DNA of 64,000 bases from a bacterium (GTDB lineage: Bacteria > Sysuimicrobiota > Sysuimicrobiia > Sysuimicrobiales > Kaftiobacteriaceae): NCBI GenBank assembly GCA_044868695.1, contig JBIOWP010000105.1:1-64000 (forward strand), written 5' to 3'. Shown piece by piece: positions 42,155-50,878 of the stretch. Each line of letters starts with the position of its first letter. The first letter of the stretch is position 1. The notes beneath the pieces were generated by a model. The model was not told the origin of the DNA and searched no databases. It saw only the letters and a program-made list of their open reading frames with translations. A program made the position numbers and the translations under genes.

Positions 42155-42172
42155 CCCGAGGGGGATGAGCAC

Positions 42173-42589
42173 GTGGAGTTCAAAGCCGGGCAGCGCGCGT
42201 CGATTTCGAAGACCATTACCGAGGCGGACGTCTATGGGTTTGCCGGAATTACCGGGGACTTCAATCCGTTGCACGTAGATGCGGAATATGCGCACCGCAG
42301 CCGGTTTGGCGAGCGCATCGCCCACGGCATGTTGACGGCCGGGCTGGTCTCCACTGTTCTGGGGATGCGTCTGCCGGGGCCGGGAGCGGTGTACCTCAGC
42401 CAGTCCCTTAAGTTCCTGAAACCCGTCAAGTTCGGGGATACCGTCACGGCCGCGGCGGAGGTCGCGGCCTACCGGCAAGACAAGCGGGTCCTGACGCTCC
42501 GCACTTCCTGCACGAACCAGGACGGGGAGACGGTCGCTGAGGGGGAATCGGTGCTGCTGGTGGACGCCCCGGCGATGCCAGGTAGATGA
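42173..42589 (+). CDS. MaoC-family (R)-hydratase
   Basis: FAGITGDFNPLH, IAHGML, LPGPG and FLKPV. Confidence 0.92.
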   Translation: MEFKAGQRASISKTITEADVYGFAGITGDFNPLHVDAEYAHRSRFGERIAHGMLTAGLVSTVLGMRLPGPGAVYLSQSLKFLKPVKFGDTVTAAAEVAAYRQDKRVLTLRTSCTNQDGETVAEGESVLLVDAPAMPGR

Positions 42590-42613
42590 CATATCCTTAA
42601 CTTACTGAGGGGG

Positions 42614-42641
42614 TTGCACCGGCGAGCAGGATCAGTACAAT
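42614..42641 (+). promoter_or_regulatory. Sigma70-type promoter
   Basis: TTGCAC-16 bp-TACAAT. Confidence 0.55.
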
Positions 42642-42720
42642 ATACGCTGACGGCACCGGGGGTGCCGGTTCGGCGAACTGCAGTTCGTATCTTGTGTGGG
42701 CCCACATTACACAAGAGGCG

Positions 42721-42966
42721 GTGAAGCGAGTGGGAAGAACAGCGACGGCACGCGCAACGGCCCGGACGGCACGCTCGGCGTCCCGCCGGTCCCGCACCCG
42801 CACGAGGTTGGAGCGCTGCGCGCACGGCCTCCTGCGGGGCACCTGCGCCATCTGCCTGCAGATGGAAGAAACGATTGACGACTTGCACGCCGGACGGCTG
42901 GCGCCCGAAGAGCGACCCGGCCGTTTGCGCGGCGGCGACGACGCCGAAGAGGCCGAGGAGGAGTAG
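42721..42966 (+). CDS. Small protein with a basic N-terminus, CxH-x5-CxxC motif and acidic tail
   Basis: AGAGG RBS then GTG; RLERCAHGLLRGTCAICL. Confidence 0.6.
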   Translation: MKRVGRTATARATARTARSASRRSRTRTRLERCAHGLLRGTCAICLQMEETIDDLHAGRLAPEERPGRLRGGDDAEEAEEE

Positions 42967-42975
42967 CCGCGCGGA

Positions 42976-43314
42976 ATGGCCAGGCTGTGGCGGGCAGCGG
43001 TAGCACTATTCCAGGGGGTCGGCCGCGGAGTACGGCGCGTTCTCGACGTCAAAGTCGGCTTTGAGCGCAAGGAAGACCCGTTAAGGACTCTATACCACCA
43101 GCCCCTGCCGCCGCGCCTCGCGATGAACTGGTGGGGGCTGGTGTTCGGGCCCTTCTGGTACCTCGCCAAGGGGCTGTGGGTGCATGCCTCGATCCTTCTG
43201 ACGATGGCCCTCCTCAGCGGGGGCATCTTGATTCCCTTCATCTGGCTGTATGCGGGGCTGAAGGCGGACGAAGACCTGCTGGACGCGCGCATCATGTGGA
43301 AGAGCTACTACTAG
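42976..43314 (+). CDS. DUF2628-like membrane protein
   Basis: NWWGLVFGPFWYLAKGLW motif. Confidence 0.7.
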   Translation: MARLWRAAVALFQGVGRGVRRVLDVKVGFERKEDPLRTLYHQPLPPRLAMNWWGLVFGPFWYLAKGLWVHASILLTMALLSGGILIPFIWLYAGLKADEDLLDARIMWKSYY

Positions 43315-43326
43315 CAAGCCAAGTGC

Positions 43327-43400
43327 AGGAGTAGGGATCAGGGATCAGCTAGACCCTGGTCCCTTGTATTTCTAATCCATAATCCCTGCCCCTAATCCCG
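43327..43400. repeat. GGGATCA/TAATCCC heptamer repeat element
   Basis: AGGAGTA GGGATCA GGGATCA ... TGGTCCC ... TAATCCA TAATCCC ... TAATCCC. Confidence 0.6.
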
Positions 43401-43421
43401 TAGTATAATTCGCTCCGGCGG

Positions 43422-43497
43422 GCCGCTGTAGCTCAACTGGCAGAGCGCCTGATTTGTAATCAGGAGGTTAGGGGTTCGACTCCCCTCGGCGGCTCCA
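43422..43497 (+). tRNA. tRNA-Thr (TGT)
   Basis: GCCGCTG acceptor stem, anticodon arm CCTGA-TTTGTAA-TCAGG, GTTCGAC T loop, CCA end. TATAAT at 43404-43409. Confidence 0.95.
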
Positions 43498-43550
43498 AGA
43501 GGAAGCCGGTCGGTTTGACTTCATTGATTCCTCATAGGGAGGGGATCGCG

Positions 43551-43928
43551 ATGCCGAAGGATCTCACGGTCAGCCTGGAGGACCGCCCGGGCCAGCTGGC
43601 GATGCTGGGCGAGGCACTGGGGAAGGCGAAGGTCAACCTCATGGGTGGGTGCGCCTTCACGTCCGCGGGGCGGGGCACGATCCACCTGCTCGTCGAGGAC
43701 AAGGCGGTCGACGCGGCCAAGCGGGCGCTGCAGGGAGCGGGCGCGTGGGTCCAGGGTGAGCGAGATGTTCTCGTCAAGAAGATCGCCGACCGGCCGGGGA
43801 CGCTTGGAAAGGTCGCGCGCAAGCTGGCCGATGCCGGAGTGAATGTCGACCTGTTGTACCTGGCCACCGATACCCGCGCCGTCTTCGGCGTGAACGACAT
43901 GGAGAAGGCCAAGAAGGCGCTGAAGTAG
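43551..43928 (+). CDS. Tandem ACT domain protein
   Basis: LEDRPGQLA...VNL and IADRPGTLG...AGVNV. Confidence 0.88.
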   Translation: MPKDLTVSLEDRPGQLAMLGEALGKAKVNLMGGCAFTSAGRGTIHLLVEDKAVDAAKRALQGAGAWVQGERDVLVKKIADRPGTLGKVARKLADAGVNVDLLYLATDTRAVFGVNDMEKAKKALK

Positions 43929-43933
43929 CGCCC

Positions 43934-44098
43934 ATGCTGAGAACGCCCTTCACAGCCATGCTGGGGTACGGTCCCCATCCAGCAGGCCGGCATCTGGGCG
44001 GGGTCAGGCGTCTCCAGCCGGCGGCCGAGATCGTGCGCGAGCTCGCTGAGGAAGCAGACACTCTGCTGAGCCGCTGGGGAGACGGTCAGCGCCGGTAG
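43934..44098 (+). pseudogene. Internally deleted nitronate monooxygenase-family remnant
   Basis: MLRTPFTAMLG, then in the +1 frame TVPIQQAG, joined to GGVRRLQPAAEIVRELAEEA. Confidence 0.6.
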
Positions 44099-44385
44099 AA
44101 GACACTCAGGGCATCTGGCCCCAGGAACGCAAAGAGGACGATCGCGAGAAAGACCATCGGCGTGACGACCGCGTACACCAGGCTGAGCTTTTCATATCTG
44201 AGGTGCATGAAGTAGGCGACGATCAACGCGGCCTTCATCAATGCCATGATGATCAGGGACCCCACCAGCAGGACCCGGGGGAAGTGAACCAGTACCGCTC
44301 CCAGCTCCAGCAGCGTGATGACCAGCAGCCAGAACCAGACGACCCCGTAGACCCGATACCCGCCTGGATGAGTCCCTTCTGCCAT
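44086..44385 (-). CDS. ctaF: Cytochrome c oxidase subunit IV
   Basis: Three TM helices; KAALIVAYFMHLRYE. Confidence 0.88.
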   Translation of the reverse strand: MAEGTHPGGYRVYGVVWFWLLVITLLELGAVLVHFPRVLLVGSLIIMALMKAALIVAYFMHLRYEKLSLVYAVVTPMVFLAIVLFAFLGPDALSVFYRR

Positions 44386-44397
44386 GGTCCGCGCTCC

Positions 44398-45015
44398 CTA
44401 GATCAGATACAGCAGCGTAAAGATGAAGACCCAGACCAGGTCCACAAAGTGCCAGTAGAGCCCTGCGATCTCCACGCTTTCCGGCTGAATGCCGCCCCGC
44501 ATCCACCGCACAACGGTTGCGAGGAGGTACAGGACGCCCGCGGAGACGTGCCCGCCGTGGAACCCGGTCGTGATGAAGAACGTGGCAGAGAACTGGGGAA
44601 TGCCCCAGGGGTTGCCGAACAGCCGGGCTCCCTCGTGGATGAACTTGGACCATTCGTACACCTGGCCGCCGAGGAACATCAGTCCCCCGAGCGCCGTCAG
44701 GAGCAAGTAGGGAATGACGCGGCCGCGGTCGCCGCGCTTGGCGGCCGAAACGGCGACGGCCATCGTCGCGCTGCTGCAGATGAGGACAAACGTCATCGCG
44801 CCGACGAGGTAGAGATTGAAGATCTCCGCCTGCACCGGCCAGCGGCCGAGGGAGATCCGCATCACGCCGTACCCGGCGAGCAGCCCCGCGAATGTCAGGG
44901 TGTCGGACACCAGGAAGAGCCACATCATCAGCTTGGGCCAGCCGACGGCAAACGGCGAGGTGCCGCCGCTCCAGTCTGATGCCATCGTCTGTTCCTGACG
45001 CCCGACTTCAGCCAC
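44398..45015 (-). CDS. ctaE: Cytochrome c oxidase subunit III
   Basis: WLFLVSD, TGFHGGHV and GLYWHFVDLVW. Confidence 0.9.
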   Translation of the reverse strand: MAEVGRQEQTMASDWSGGTSPFAVGWPKLMMWLFLVSDTLTFAGLLAGYGVMRISLGRWPVQAEIFNLYLVGAMTFVLICSSATMAVAVSAAKRGDRGRVIPYLLLTALGGLMFLGGQVYEWSKFIHEGARLFGNPWGIPQFSATFFITTGFHGGHVSAGVLYLLATVVRWMRGGIQPESVEIAGLYWHFVDLVWVFIFTLLYLI

Positions 45016-45036
45016 CGCCGATCCCTCCGAGAACTG

Positions 45037-45675
45037 CTACAGCGCGAACAGGATCACAAACAGGTAGATCCACAACCCCGTCAAGAAGTGCCAGTAGGTC
45101 GCGACCGGATCGACGACATCGAGCGTTTCTGCCGCCGTCAGAGCGGCCGCCGCCCGGCGAAGCGCATAGAGCAGCGCGGCGATGCCTCCGGTCAGGTGCA
45201 GCCCGTGCGCGGCCGTCAGCAGATAGAAGAACGCGCTGTGCGGATTTGTGGCCAGGTATACGCCGGCTTCGCTCAGCTGCTTCCAAGCCGCGAGCTGTCC
45301 CCCGAGGAAGCCCAGGCCCAGGGCCGTCGTCACGGACAGGCCCATCCGCAGCGCGTCTACCTGCCCACGCCGGCCGCGGCGCCGCGCCCACTCGATGGCC
45401 AGGCTGCTGGCACAGATCACGGCGGTGCTGACCCACAGCACGCCCGGAAGCGGGCCGACCCGCCAGTCTGGCTCGCCGCGGCGCGCCAGATAGGTGCTGG
45501 TGAATGCCGCAAACAAGATCGTGATCGCGCTGACCAGCAGCCAAACAGCGATCCGCGCGGAGTTCGTCGCCGGAACCGCGGCATCCCCACCGCCGCCGCC
45601 CGGCCCGCCGCTCCCCACATCGCCGGGTCCTCTGGAGGAGGGGGGTCGCTCGAGTGTGGGAGTTTTCATCGGCAT
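45037..45675 (-). CDS. Cytochrome c oxidase subunit III-like, second copy
   Basis: FYLLTAAHGLHL and YWHFLTGLW. Confidence 0.88.
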   Translation of the reverse strand: MPMKTPTLERPPSSRGPGDVGSGGPGGGGGDAAVPATNSARIAVWLLVSAITILFAAFTSTYLARRGEPDWRVGPLPGVLWVSTAVICASSLAIEWARRRGRRGQVDALRMGLSVTTALGLGFLGGQLAAWKQLSEAGVYLATNPHSAFFYLLTAAHGLHLTGGIAALLYALRRAAAALTAAETLDVVDPVATYWHFLTGLWIYLFVILFAL

Positions 45676-47480
45676 CAGGCGGCCTCAGGAGGTTCCGGTG
45701 GTCCATCGCCTCCGGCTACCGGCACCGCGCTCACCGGCACCGTCTGCGGCACAAAGTCGTCTGGGGCGCCCGGTACACTGTAGTCATACGGCCAGCGGTG
45801 CACCGTCGGCAGAGTCCGGCCCCAGTTGCCGTGAGGCGGGGGCGAGTCGGCCTGCCACTCGAGCGTGTTGGCGTGCCACGGGTCGCGGGAAGCTTTCGGG
45901 CCGCGGAACAGGCTGTACAGGAAGTTGCCGACGAAGATCACCTGGGCCAGCCCCAGGCCAAACGCGGCGAGCGAGACAAAGACGTTCAGCCCCTGCAGGC
46001 CGCGCAGGAACTCATACATCTGAGGAGAGTAGTACCGCCGCGGCTCGCCCGCCATTCCCAGGAAGTGCATCGGGAAGAACGTGGCGTAGATGCCGACGAA
46101 CGTCAGCCAGAAGTGAATCTTGCCCGCCCGTTCGTTCATCATCCGGCCGAACATCTTGGGGAACCAGTGGTACAGTCCGGCAAACAGCCCAAAGAGGGCG
46201 GCGCTGGCCATGACAAAGTGGAAGTGCGCGACGACGAAAAAGGTGTCCTGGAAGTAGATGTCGACCGCGGGCGAGCCCAGGAAGATGCCGGTCAGCCCAC
46301 CGGTGACGAAGAGGGAGACGAAGCCGATCGCAAACAGCATCGACGGTACGAAGCGGATCTTCGCCCGCCACAGCGTGGCGATCCAGTTGAACGTCTTGAC
46401 CGCCGAGGGGATGGCGATCGCCAGCGTCGTGACCATGAAGGCGGTGCCGACCAGCGGGTGCATCCCGCTCACAAACATGTGGTGGCCCCACACGACGAAA
46501 CTCAGGAACGCGATCGCGCAGATGGACACCACCATCGCTTTGTAGCCGAAGATCGGCTTCCGGCCGTGGACGCTGAGGACCTCCGATACGATCCCCATCG
46601 GCGGGAGGATCAGGACGTAGACTTCGGGGTGGCCCAGGAACCAGAACAGATGCTGCCAGAGGAGCGGGTTGCCGCCCTGATGCGTCACCAGCTGGCCGCC
46701 GACCACCAGCCCCGAGGGGACGAAGAAGCTGGTCCCCAGGTGACGGTCGAACAGCAGCATGATGACCGCCGCAAACAGCACCGGGAAGGACAACAGCATC
46801 AGGATGGCGGTGACGAACTGGGCCCAGGTCACCAGCGGCAGCCGACTCATCGACATGCCCCGCGTGCGCAGCTGCAGGACGGTCGTGATGTAGTTCAGCG
46901 ACCCCAGCAGGAATGAGACGATGAGGATGGCCAGGCTGATCAGCCACAACGTTTGGCCCAGCTTCGAGCCCGGGGCGGCGTCTCGCAGGGCGGAGAGCGG
47001 AGGATAGGCCGTCCAGCCTGCGTTAGGGGCGCCTCCGTCTACGAAGAACGCTGCCAGTAGTACGATGATGGCCGGCGGGTACAGCCAGTACGACACCATG
47101 TTCATGAACGGGAAGGCCATGTCGCGCGCGCCGATGGTCAGCGGGATCAGGAAGTTGCCGAAGCCGCCCGACAGCGCCGTGGTCAGCACGAAGAAGATCA
47201 TGATCGAACCGTGCATTGTCACCACAGCCAGGTAGAAGTCCGGCTTCATCAGCCCGTTGACGAATCCCCCGGGGAAGAGGAGGCCGGCCAGCGGCCACTT
47301 CGCTCCGGGCCAGCCCAGTTGGAGGCGGATCAGCATCGCGAGGACGCCGCCGATCAGGGCCATCACCAGCGAGGTCATCATGTACTGGATGCCGATGATC
47401 TTGTGGTCCTGGCTGAAGATGTAGCGCCGGACGAAGCTCAGGTGGTGTTCCTCGTGGGCCGTCTCGTGCCCGACCGCCAT
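45675..47480 (-). CDS. ctaD: Cytochrome c oxidase subunit I, A1 type
   Basis: DHKIIG, TMHG, WFLGHPEVY, WGHHMF and VAHFHFV. Confidence 0.96.
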   Translation of the reverse strand: MAVGHETAHEEHHLSFVRRYIFSQDHKIIGIQYMMTSLVMALIGGVLAMLIRLQLGWPGAKWPLAGLLFPGGFVNGLMKPDFYLAVVTMHGSIMIFFVLTTALSGGFGNFLIPLTIGARDMAFPFMNMVSYWLYPPAIIVLLAAFFVDGGAPNAGWTAYPPLSALRDAAPGSKLGQTLWLISLAILIVSFLLGSLNYITTVLQLRTRGMSMSRLPLVTWAQFVTAILMLLSFPVLFAAVIMLLFDRHLGTSFFVPSGLVVGGQLVTHQGGNPLLWQHLFWFLGHPEVYVLILPPMGIVSEVLSVHGRKPIFGYKAMVVSICAIAFLSFVVWGHHMFVSGMHPLVGTAFMVTTLAIAIPSAVKTFNWIATLWRAKIRFVPSMLFAIGFVSLFVTGGLTGIFLGSPAVDIYFQDTFFVVAHFHFVMASAALFGLFAGLYHWFPKMFGRMMNERAGKIHFWLTFVGIYATFFPMHFLGMAGEPRRYYSPQMYEFLRGLQGLNVFVSLAAFGLGLAQVIFVGNFLYSLFRGPKASRDPWHANTLEWQADSPPPHGNWGRTLPTVHRWPYDYSVPGAPDDFVPQTVPVSAVPVAGGDGPPEPPEAA

Positions 47481-47495
47481 CGTGAGATGCGCCTC

Positions 47496-48329
47496 CTAGC
47501 GCGCCTGTTGCGCCAGCCAGGCCTGGACGGCCTGCTGGGACTCCACCGTGATCTGACCGCGCATGATGTAGTGGCCGACCCCGCACAGCTCCGCGCAGGC
47601 GATTTCGTACTTGCCCTCCCGGGTCGGCGTGAACCACAATTCGATCGTCATCCCCGGCACCGCATCCTGCTTCACGCGGAACGCCGGGATGAAGAAACTA
47701 TGCAGAACATCCTTCGAGCGCAGCCGCACGCGGACGGGACGGTTCACCGCCAGATGGAGATCTCCACCCCGGACGACGATGTCATCCGCGCCGGCCGAAT
47801 CCGCCCGATCCAGGCCCATCGGGTTGTCTCTGACGTTGATCCGCGCCGGGTCGGTCCGGCCGAAGACTCCGTCGGGCCCGGGATAGCGAAAGAGCCAGCC
47901 GAACTGTTCGGCCCGTACGTCAACGACCATCGCGTCCGCCGGCGCGGGGCTGTGCACACGTCCCCATACGACGGCACCCATCGAGATCAGGGTCACCAGC
48001 ACGGCCGCCGGGACCAGCGTGTAGGTGAGCTCGAGCGTCCGGTCGTCATGCCAGTACGACGCCCGGCCCGTGCCGCGATCCGCGTACAGCCATACGAACG
48101 CCGCCATGAGTACGTGCACCAGAACAAAGACGATGCCGGTGACGACCAGCGTGGTGTAGATGAGGCGGTCAACGTCTACGCCGTGGGCGGAAGCGACGGG
48201 CAGCAGCCACCAGCGCCCGCGGGCCAGCAGCGTCATGCCGACGCCGCCCAGCACGACCATGACAACAAGGAGCGAGGCGAGCTGCCGACCGGTGCGGCGC
48301 TCGCCGGCAGAGCCTGGGACTTCCGCCAT
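47496..48329 (-). CDS. ctaC: Cytochrome c oxidase subunit II (CuA, no fused cytochrome c)
   Basis: DVLHSF, KQDAVPG and CAELCGVGHYIM; no CxxCH. Confidence 0.94.
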   Translation of the reverse strand: MAEVPGSAGERRTGRQLASLLVVMVVLGGVGMTLLARGRWWLLPVASAHGVDVDRLIYTTLVVTGIVFVLVHVLMAAFVWLYADRGTGRASYWHDDRTLELTYTLVPAAVLVTLISMGAVVWGRVHSPAPADAMVVDVRAEQFGWLFRYPGPDGVFGRTDPARINVRDNPMGLDRADSAGADDIVVRGGDLHLAVNRPVRVRLRSKDVLHSFFIPAFRVKQDAVPGMTIELWFTPTREGKYEIACAELCGVGHYIMRGQITVESQQAVQAWLAQQAR

Positions 48330-48420
48330 CTGGGTGACGTCCTCAGAAACTGACGTGCAGTTGCACTACATTACGCTGGCATACTTTGCCTTCTCGGGGG
48401 TCAACTCCTTGTCGAGCGGA

Positions 48421-48756
48421 CTACTCAGCGAATGCCTCAAACACCGGGGGGAACGTCAACAGGAATCCCAGCGCGATGAGGACGAGCGCCCACGTGAACG
48501 CGCGTCCGAAGTTGATCGGTTTGTTTTTCCACGCCGAATGCAGGCCGCCCCAGGCTACCAGCCAGGTGAGCACGCCGACTCCTGTCTTCCCGGAGAGCGC
48601 CCCCACGGCGTTCTTCCAGGCTAGCGCGCTGCTCACGCCTGCCGATGCCGACGCCAGCGTCGTCATCAGACCGATCGTAAAAACGCCAATGCCTGCCGCG
48701 ATCACCGCCGCCGCTCCTGCTCCCGAAGCCCTCCGTACCGGTGAGCTCGCCATCAT
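48421..48756 (-). CDS. Hypothetical membrane protein with 3 TM helices
   Basis: GAAAAVIAAGIG, VGALSGK and LTFPP; GGAGAGG-type RBS. Confidence 0.7.
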   Translation of the reverse strand: MMASSPVRRASGAGAAAVIAAGIGVFTIGLMTTLASASAGVSSALAWKNAVGALSGKTGVGVLTWLVAWGGLHSAWKNKPINFGRAFTWALVLIALGFLLTFPPVFEAFAE

Positions 48757-48767
48757 GTGTGCCCTCC

Positions 48768-49280
48768 TTATCGGATCGGCGCGACTTTGTTCAGGAATGC
48801 GCCAAACAGCCCGGCGATGCCGGCCGCGACGAAGGCCAGGGTGAACAGCCAGAGCGCCGCCTTCCGGAGACGGGAATCATCCGCCAGTTGGGTGCCGTAG
48901 TAGGCGACGAGAAACGCCACCGACGTTGCGAGGATCGGCGCAAACCATCCGATATGTTCCTTCCACTCCATCCCGAACGTGTGCCACTTCGCCGTCGCCG
49001 GATTGGCTAGGAGAAGAGCACGGGGGCTGGTCGGGATTCTTGCCCGATACCAGGGATAGACGACGTACGTGCCGGTCAACACCGTGACCCACGCCACCAC
49101 CGCCATCACCCATGTCCCGGCGAGCAGCCTCCGCAGCCGTTCCTTGATCCCCGCTACCGTCACCAGCTCCGGTCGCAGACTGTAGAGCCCGGCCAGACCG
49201 CCGGCGAACGCCAGAAGGAACAGGGAGCCAAAGATGAGACCGTGCAGTACCGTCCAGAGTTCTCGGACCGTCACGCTCAT
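48768..49280 (-). CDS. Hypothetical membrane protein with 4 TM helices and His-containing motifs
   Basis: LHG, VYPWYR and WHTFGMEWKEH; GGAGG RBS. Confidence 0.75.
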   Translation of the reverse strand: MSVTVRELWTVLHGLIFGSLFLLAFAGGLAGLYSLRPELVTVAGIKERLRRLLAGTWVMAVVAWVTVLTGTYVVYPWYRARIPTSPRALLLANPATAKWHTFGMEWKEHIGWFAPILATSVAFLVAYYGTQLADDSRLRKAALWLFTLAFVAAGIAGLFGAFLNKVAPIR

Positions 49281-49356
49281 GCGTGTCCCTCCTTCCTGAA
49301 GAGGCAGTTCCGGAGGAGGGTATCAAACCCTCCCCCGGAGGTGATGCGGGCTCGAT

Positions 49357-49950
49357 TTAGGCTGCGACGGCCGGCTGTCTGGGCTGCCCAAAGATCCTGC
49401 CGGGCCTCCACGGGGTCCCCAGAGCCGGGAGCAGCACACGATCCAGGCCGTAGTAGCCGGCGACCTTCCAGGCGAGAATCAGGACGATGGCGATCAGGAA
49501 CAACATTGGATTGGTGGACGCCGAGCCGGCCATCATGAAGTTCCAGTTCATCGCACCGCCGAAGAAGGCCGCGATGCCGACGAACGCGCCCAGCACCAGC
49601 GCGATCCCGATCAGCAGCTCGCCGTAGGCCACCAGCTTGGCGAACCAAGTGTAGGCTCCGATGTCCAGCATGTACTGCAGGAAGGTGCGGTACCAGTCGA
49701 ACGAGATCGCCGGCCGCGCGGGCGGCTGCGGGATGGCGACGGCGCGTTCCCAGTAGACTTTGAGAGCGGCACCGGTGCCGGTCCAGGCCTCGATGCCGAC
49801 CTTGTGGCGGGCGGCCTCGATCCACTGCCAGCCCAGCCACACCCGGATGATCGCCCACAGCCAGGCGTAACGGGTCGTATTGAATAGGATCCGAGTAAAC
49901 CCAGGATCCTCGAAGTATGTGACATCCTTCCCTGGTGCTGCCACGGCCAT
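49357..49950 (-). CDS. DoxX/TQO subunit DoxD-family membrane protein
   Basis: RVWLGWQW..AARHK, GELLIGIALVLG, MNWNFMMAGSASTNP and GYYGLDR. Confidence 0.88.
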   Translation of the reverse strand: MAVAAPGKDVTYFEDPGFTRILFNTTRYAWLWAIIRVWLGWQWIEAARHKVGIEAWTGTGAALKVYWERAVAIPQPPARPAISFDWYRTFLQYMLDIGAYTWFAKLVAYGELLIGIALVLGAFVGIAAFFGGAMNWNFMMAGSASTNPMLFLIAIVLILAWKVAGYYGLDRVLLPALGTPWRPGRIFGQPRQPAVAA

Positions 49951-50138
49951 TCCCTCCCTTGGAGTCAGGCGGGTCAGCGCTCGCGCTGTGGGCCTGTTTC
50001 TACGAGTGCGCCCACCCTTAGGATAGGGGACGGCTTCGAGGGCAGGTATCGGGCGGGGAGGGGATTTCGGGATCAGGTCTAGGCCGTTGTCCCTTCGGGC
50101 ACGGAACGTGACGCCGGCAAGAATTCCAGGGGTGGCGG

Positions 50139-50873
50139 ATGCGGGTCGGGCCGATCATGTCCAAAGGGCTGGTTGCGGTATTGCTGCTGGGGCCATGCGT
50201 CCCGCAGATCGATCCCCGCATGTTTTCAGCCCCCCCGGGCGCCCAGGTGCCGTTCGTCGCCACCGTCCAGGCCGAAGCCAGGCAGAAATCGATCCTGGCA
50301 TCCTTCGAACGCAAACCGATCCTTCCTTACATGGCCGGACCCAAGGTAATGCTCAGCACCGCGTACGTGGCCGCCCTCTCCGTATCCCTCGAGGCCGCCC
50401 CCGCGAGCTTCACCCGGCGCGCAGTCAGGGCGTCATCTGGGTCTGACCCCGGGGAGTATGCCCGAATCCTTCTGCAGCTTGCCATGCGGACCGGGGCCAC
50501 GCTGGCGACCCCGCCGATTCAGTGGCCCGCCCGCGGAGGGCTGACCTCTCCGTTTGGGCGGCGATGGCGCCAGCACCACGACGGGATCGACATCGCTGCC
50601 CGGGAAGGAGCGCCCATCCACGCCGCCCGGGACGGCCGGGTGGTCTATGTCGGTTGGAAGGGCGGGTATGGGCTCACCGTCATCCTCGCCCACGGCAACG
50701 GGTTGCAGACGCTATACGGGCACGCCTCAGCGACGGTAGTCAAGCCCGGACAGGTCGTCAAGGCCGGACAGGTCATCGCGCGCGTCGGCAGCACCGGGAT
50801 CGCGACAGGGTCCCATCTCCACTTCGAATTCCGCGTCAACGGTCGCCCCGTCAATCCCCTGCGCTATCTCTGA
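50139..50873 (+). CDS. M23-family metallopeptidase
   Basis: HDGIDIA, YGH and GSTGIATGSHLHFE...VNPLRYL. Confidence 0.88.
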   Translation: MRVGPIMSKGLVAVLLLGPCVPQIDPRMFSAPPGAQVPFVATVQAEARQKSILASFERKPILPYMAGPKVMLSTAYVAALSVSLEAAPASFTRRAVRASSGSDPGEYARILLQLAMRTGATLATPPIQWPARGGLTSPFGRRWRQHHDGIDIAAREGAPIHAARDGRVVYVGWKGGYGLTVILAHGNGLQTLYGHASATVVKPGQVVKAGQVIARVGSTGIATGSHLHFEFRVNGRPVNPLRYL

Positions 50874-50878
50874 CCGGC

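Noticed and set aside
49309..49340. Hairpin CCGGAGGAGGGT-ATCAA-ACCCTCCCCCGG between the DoxX gene and the next gene as a REP element
   Set aside because: Single copy in the window; it cannot be told apart from an ordinary intra-operon stabilising hairpin.
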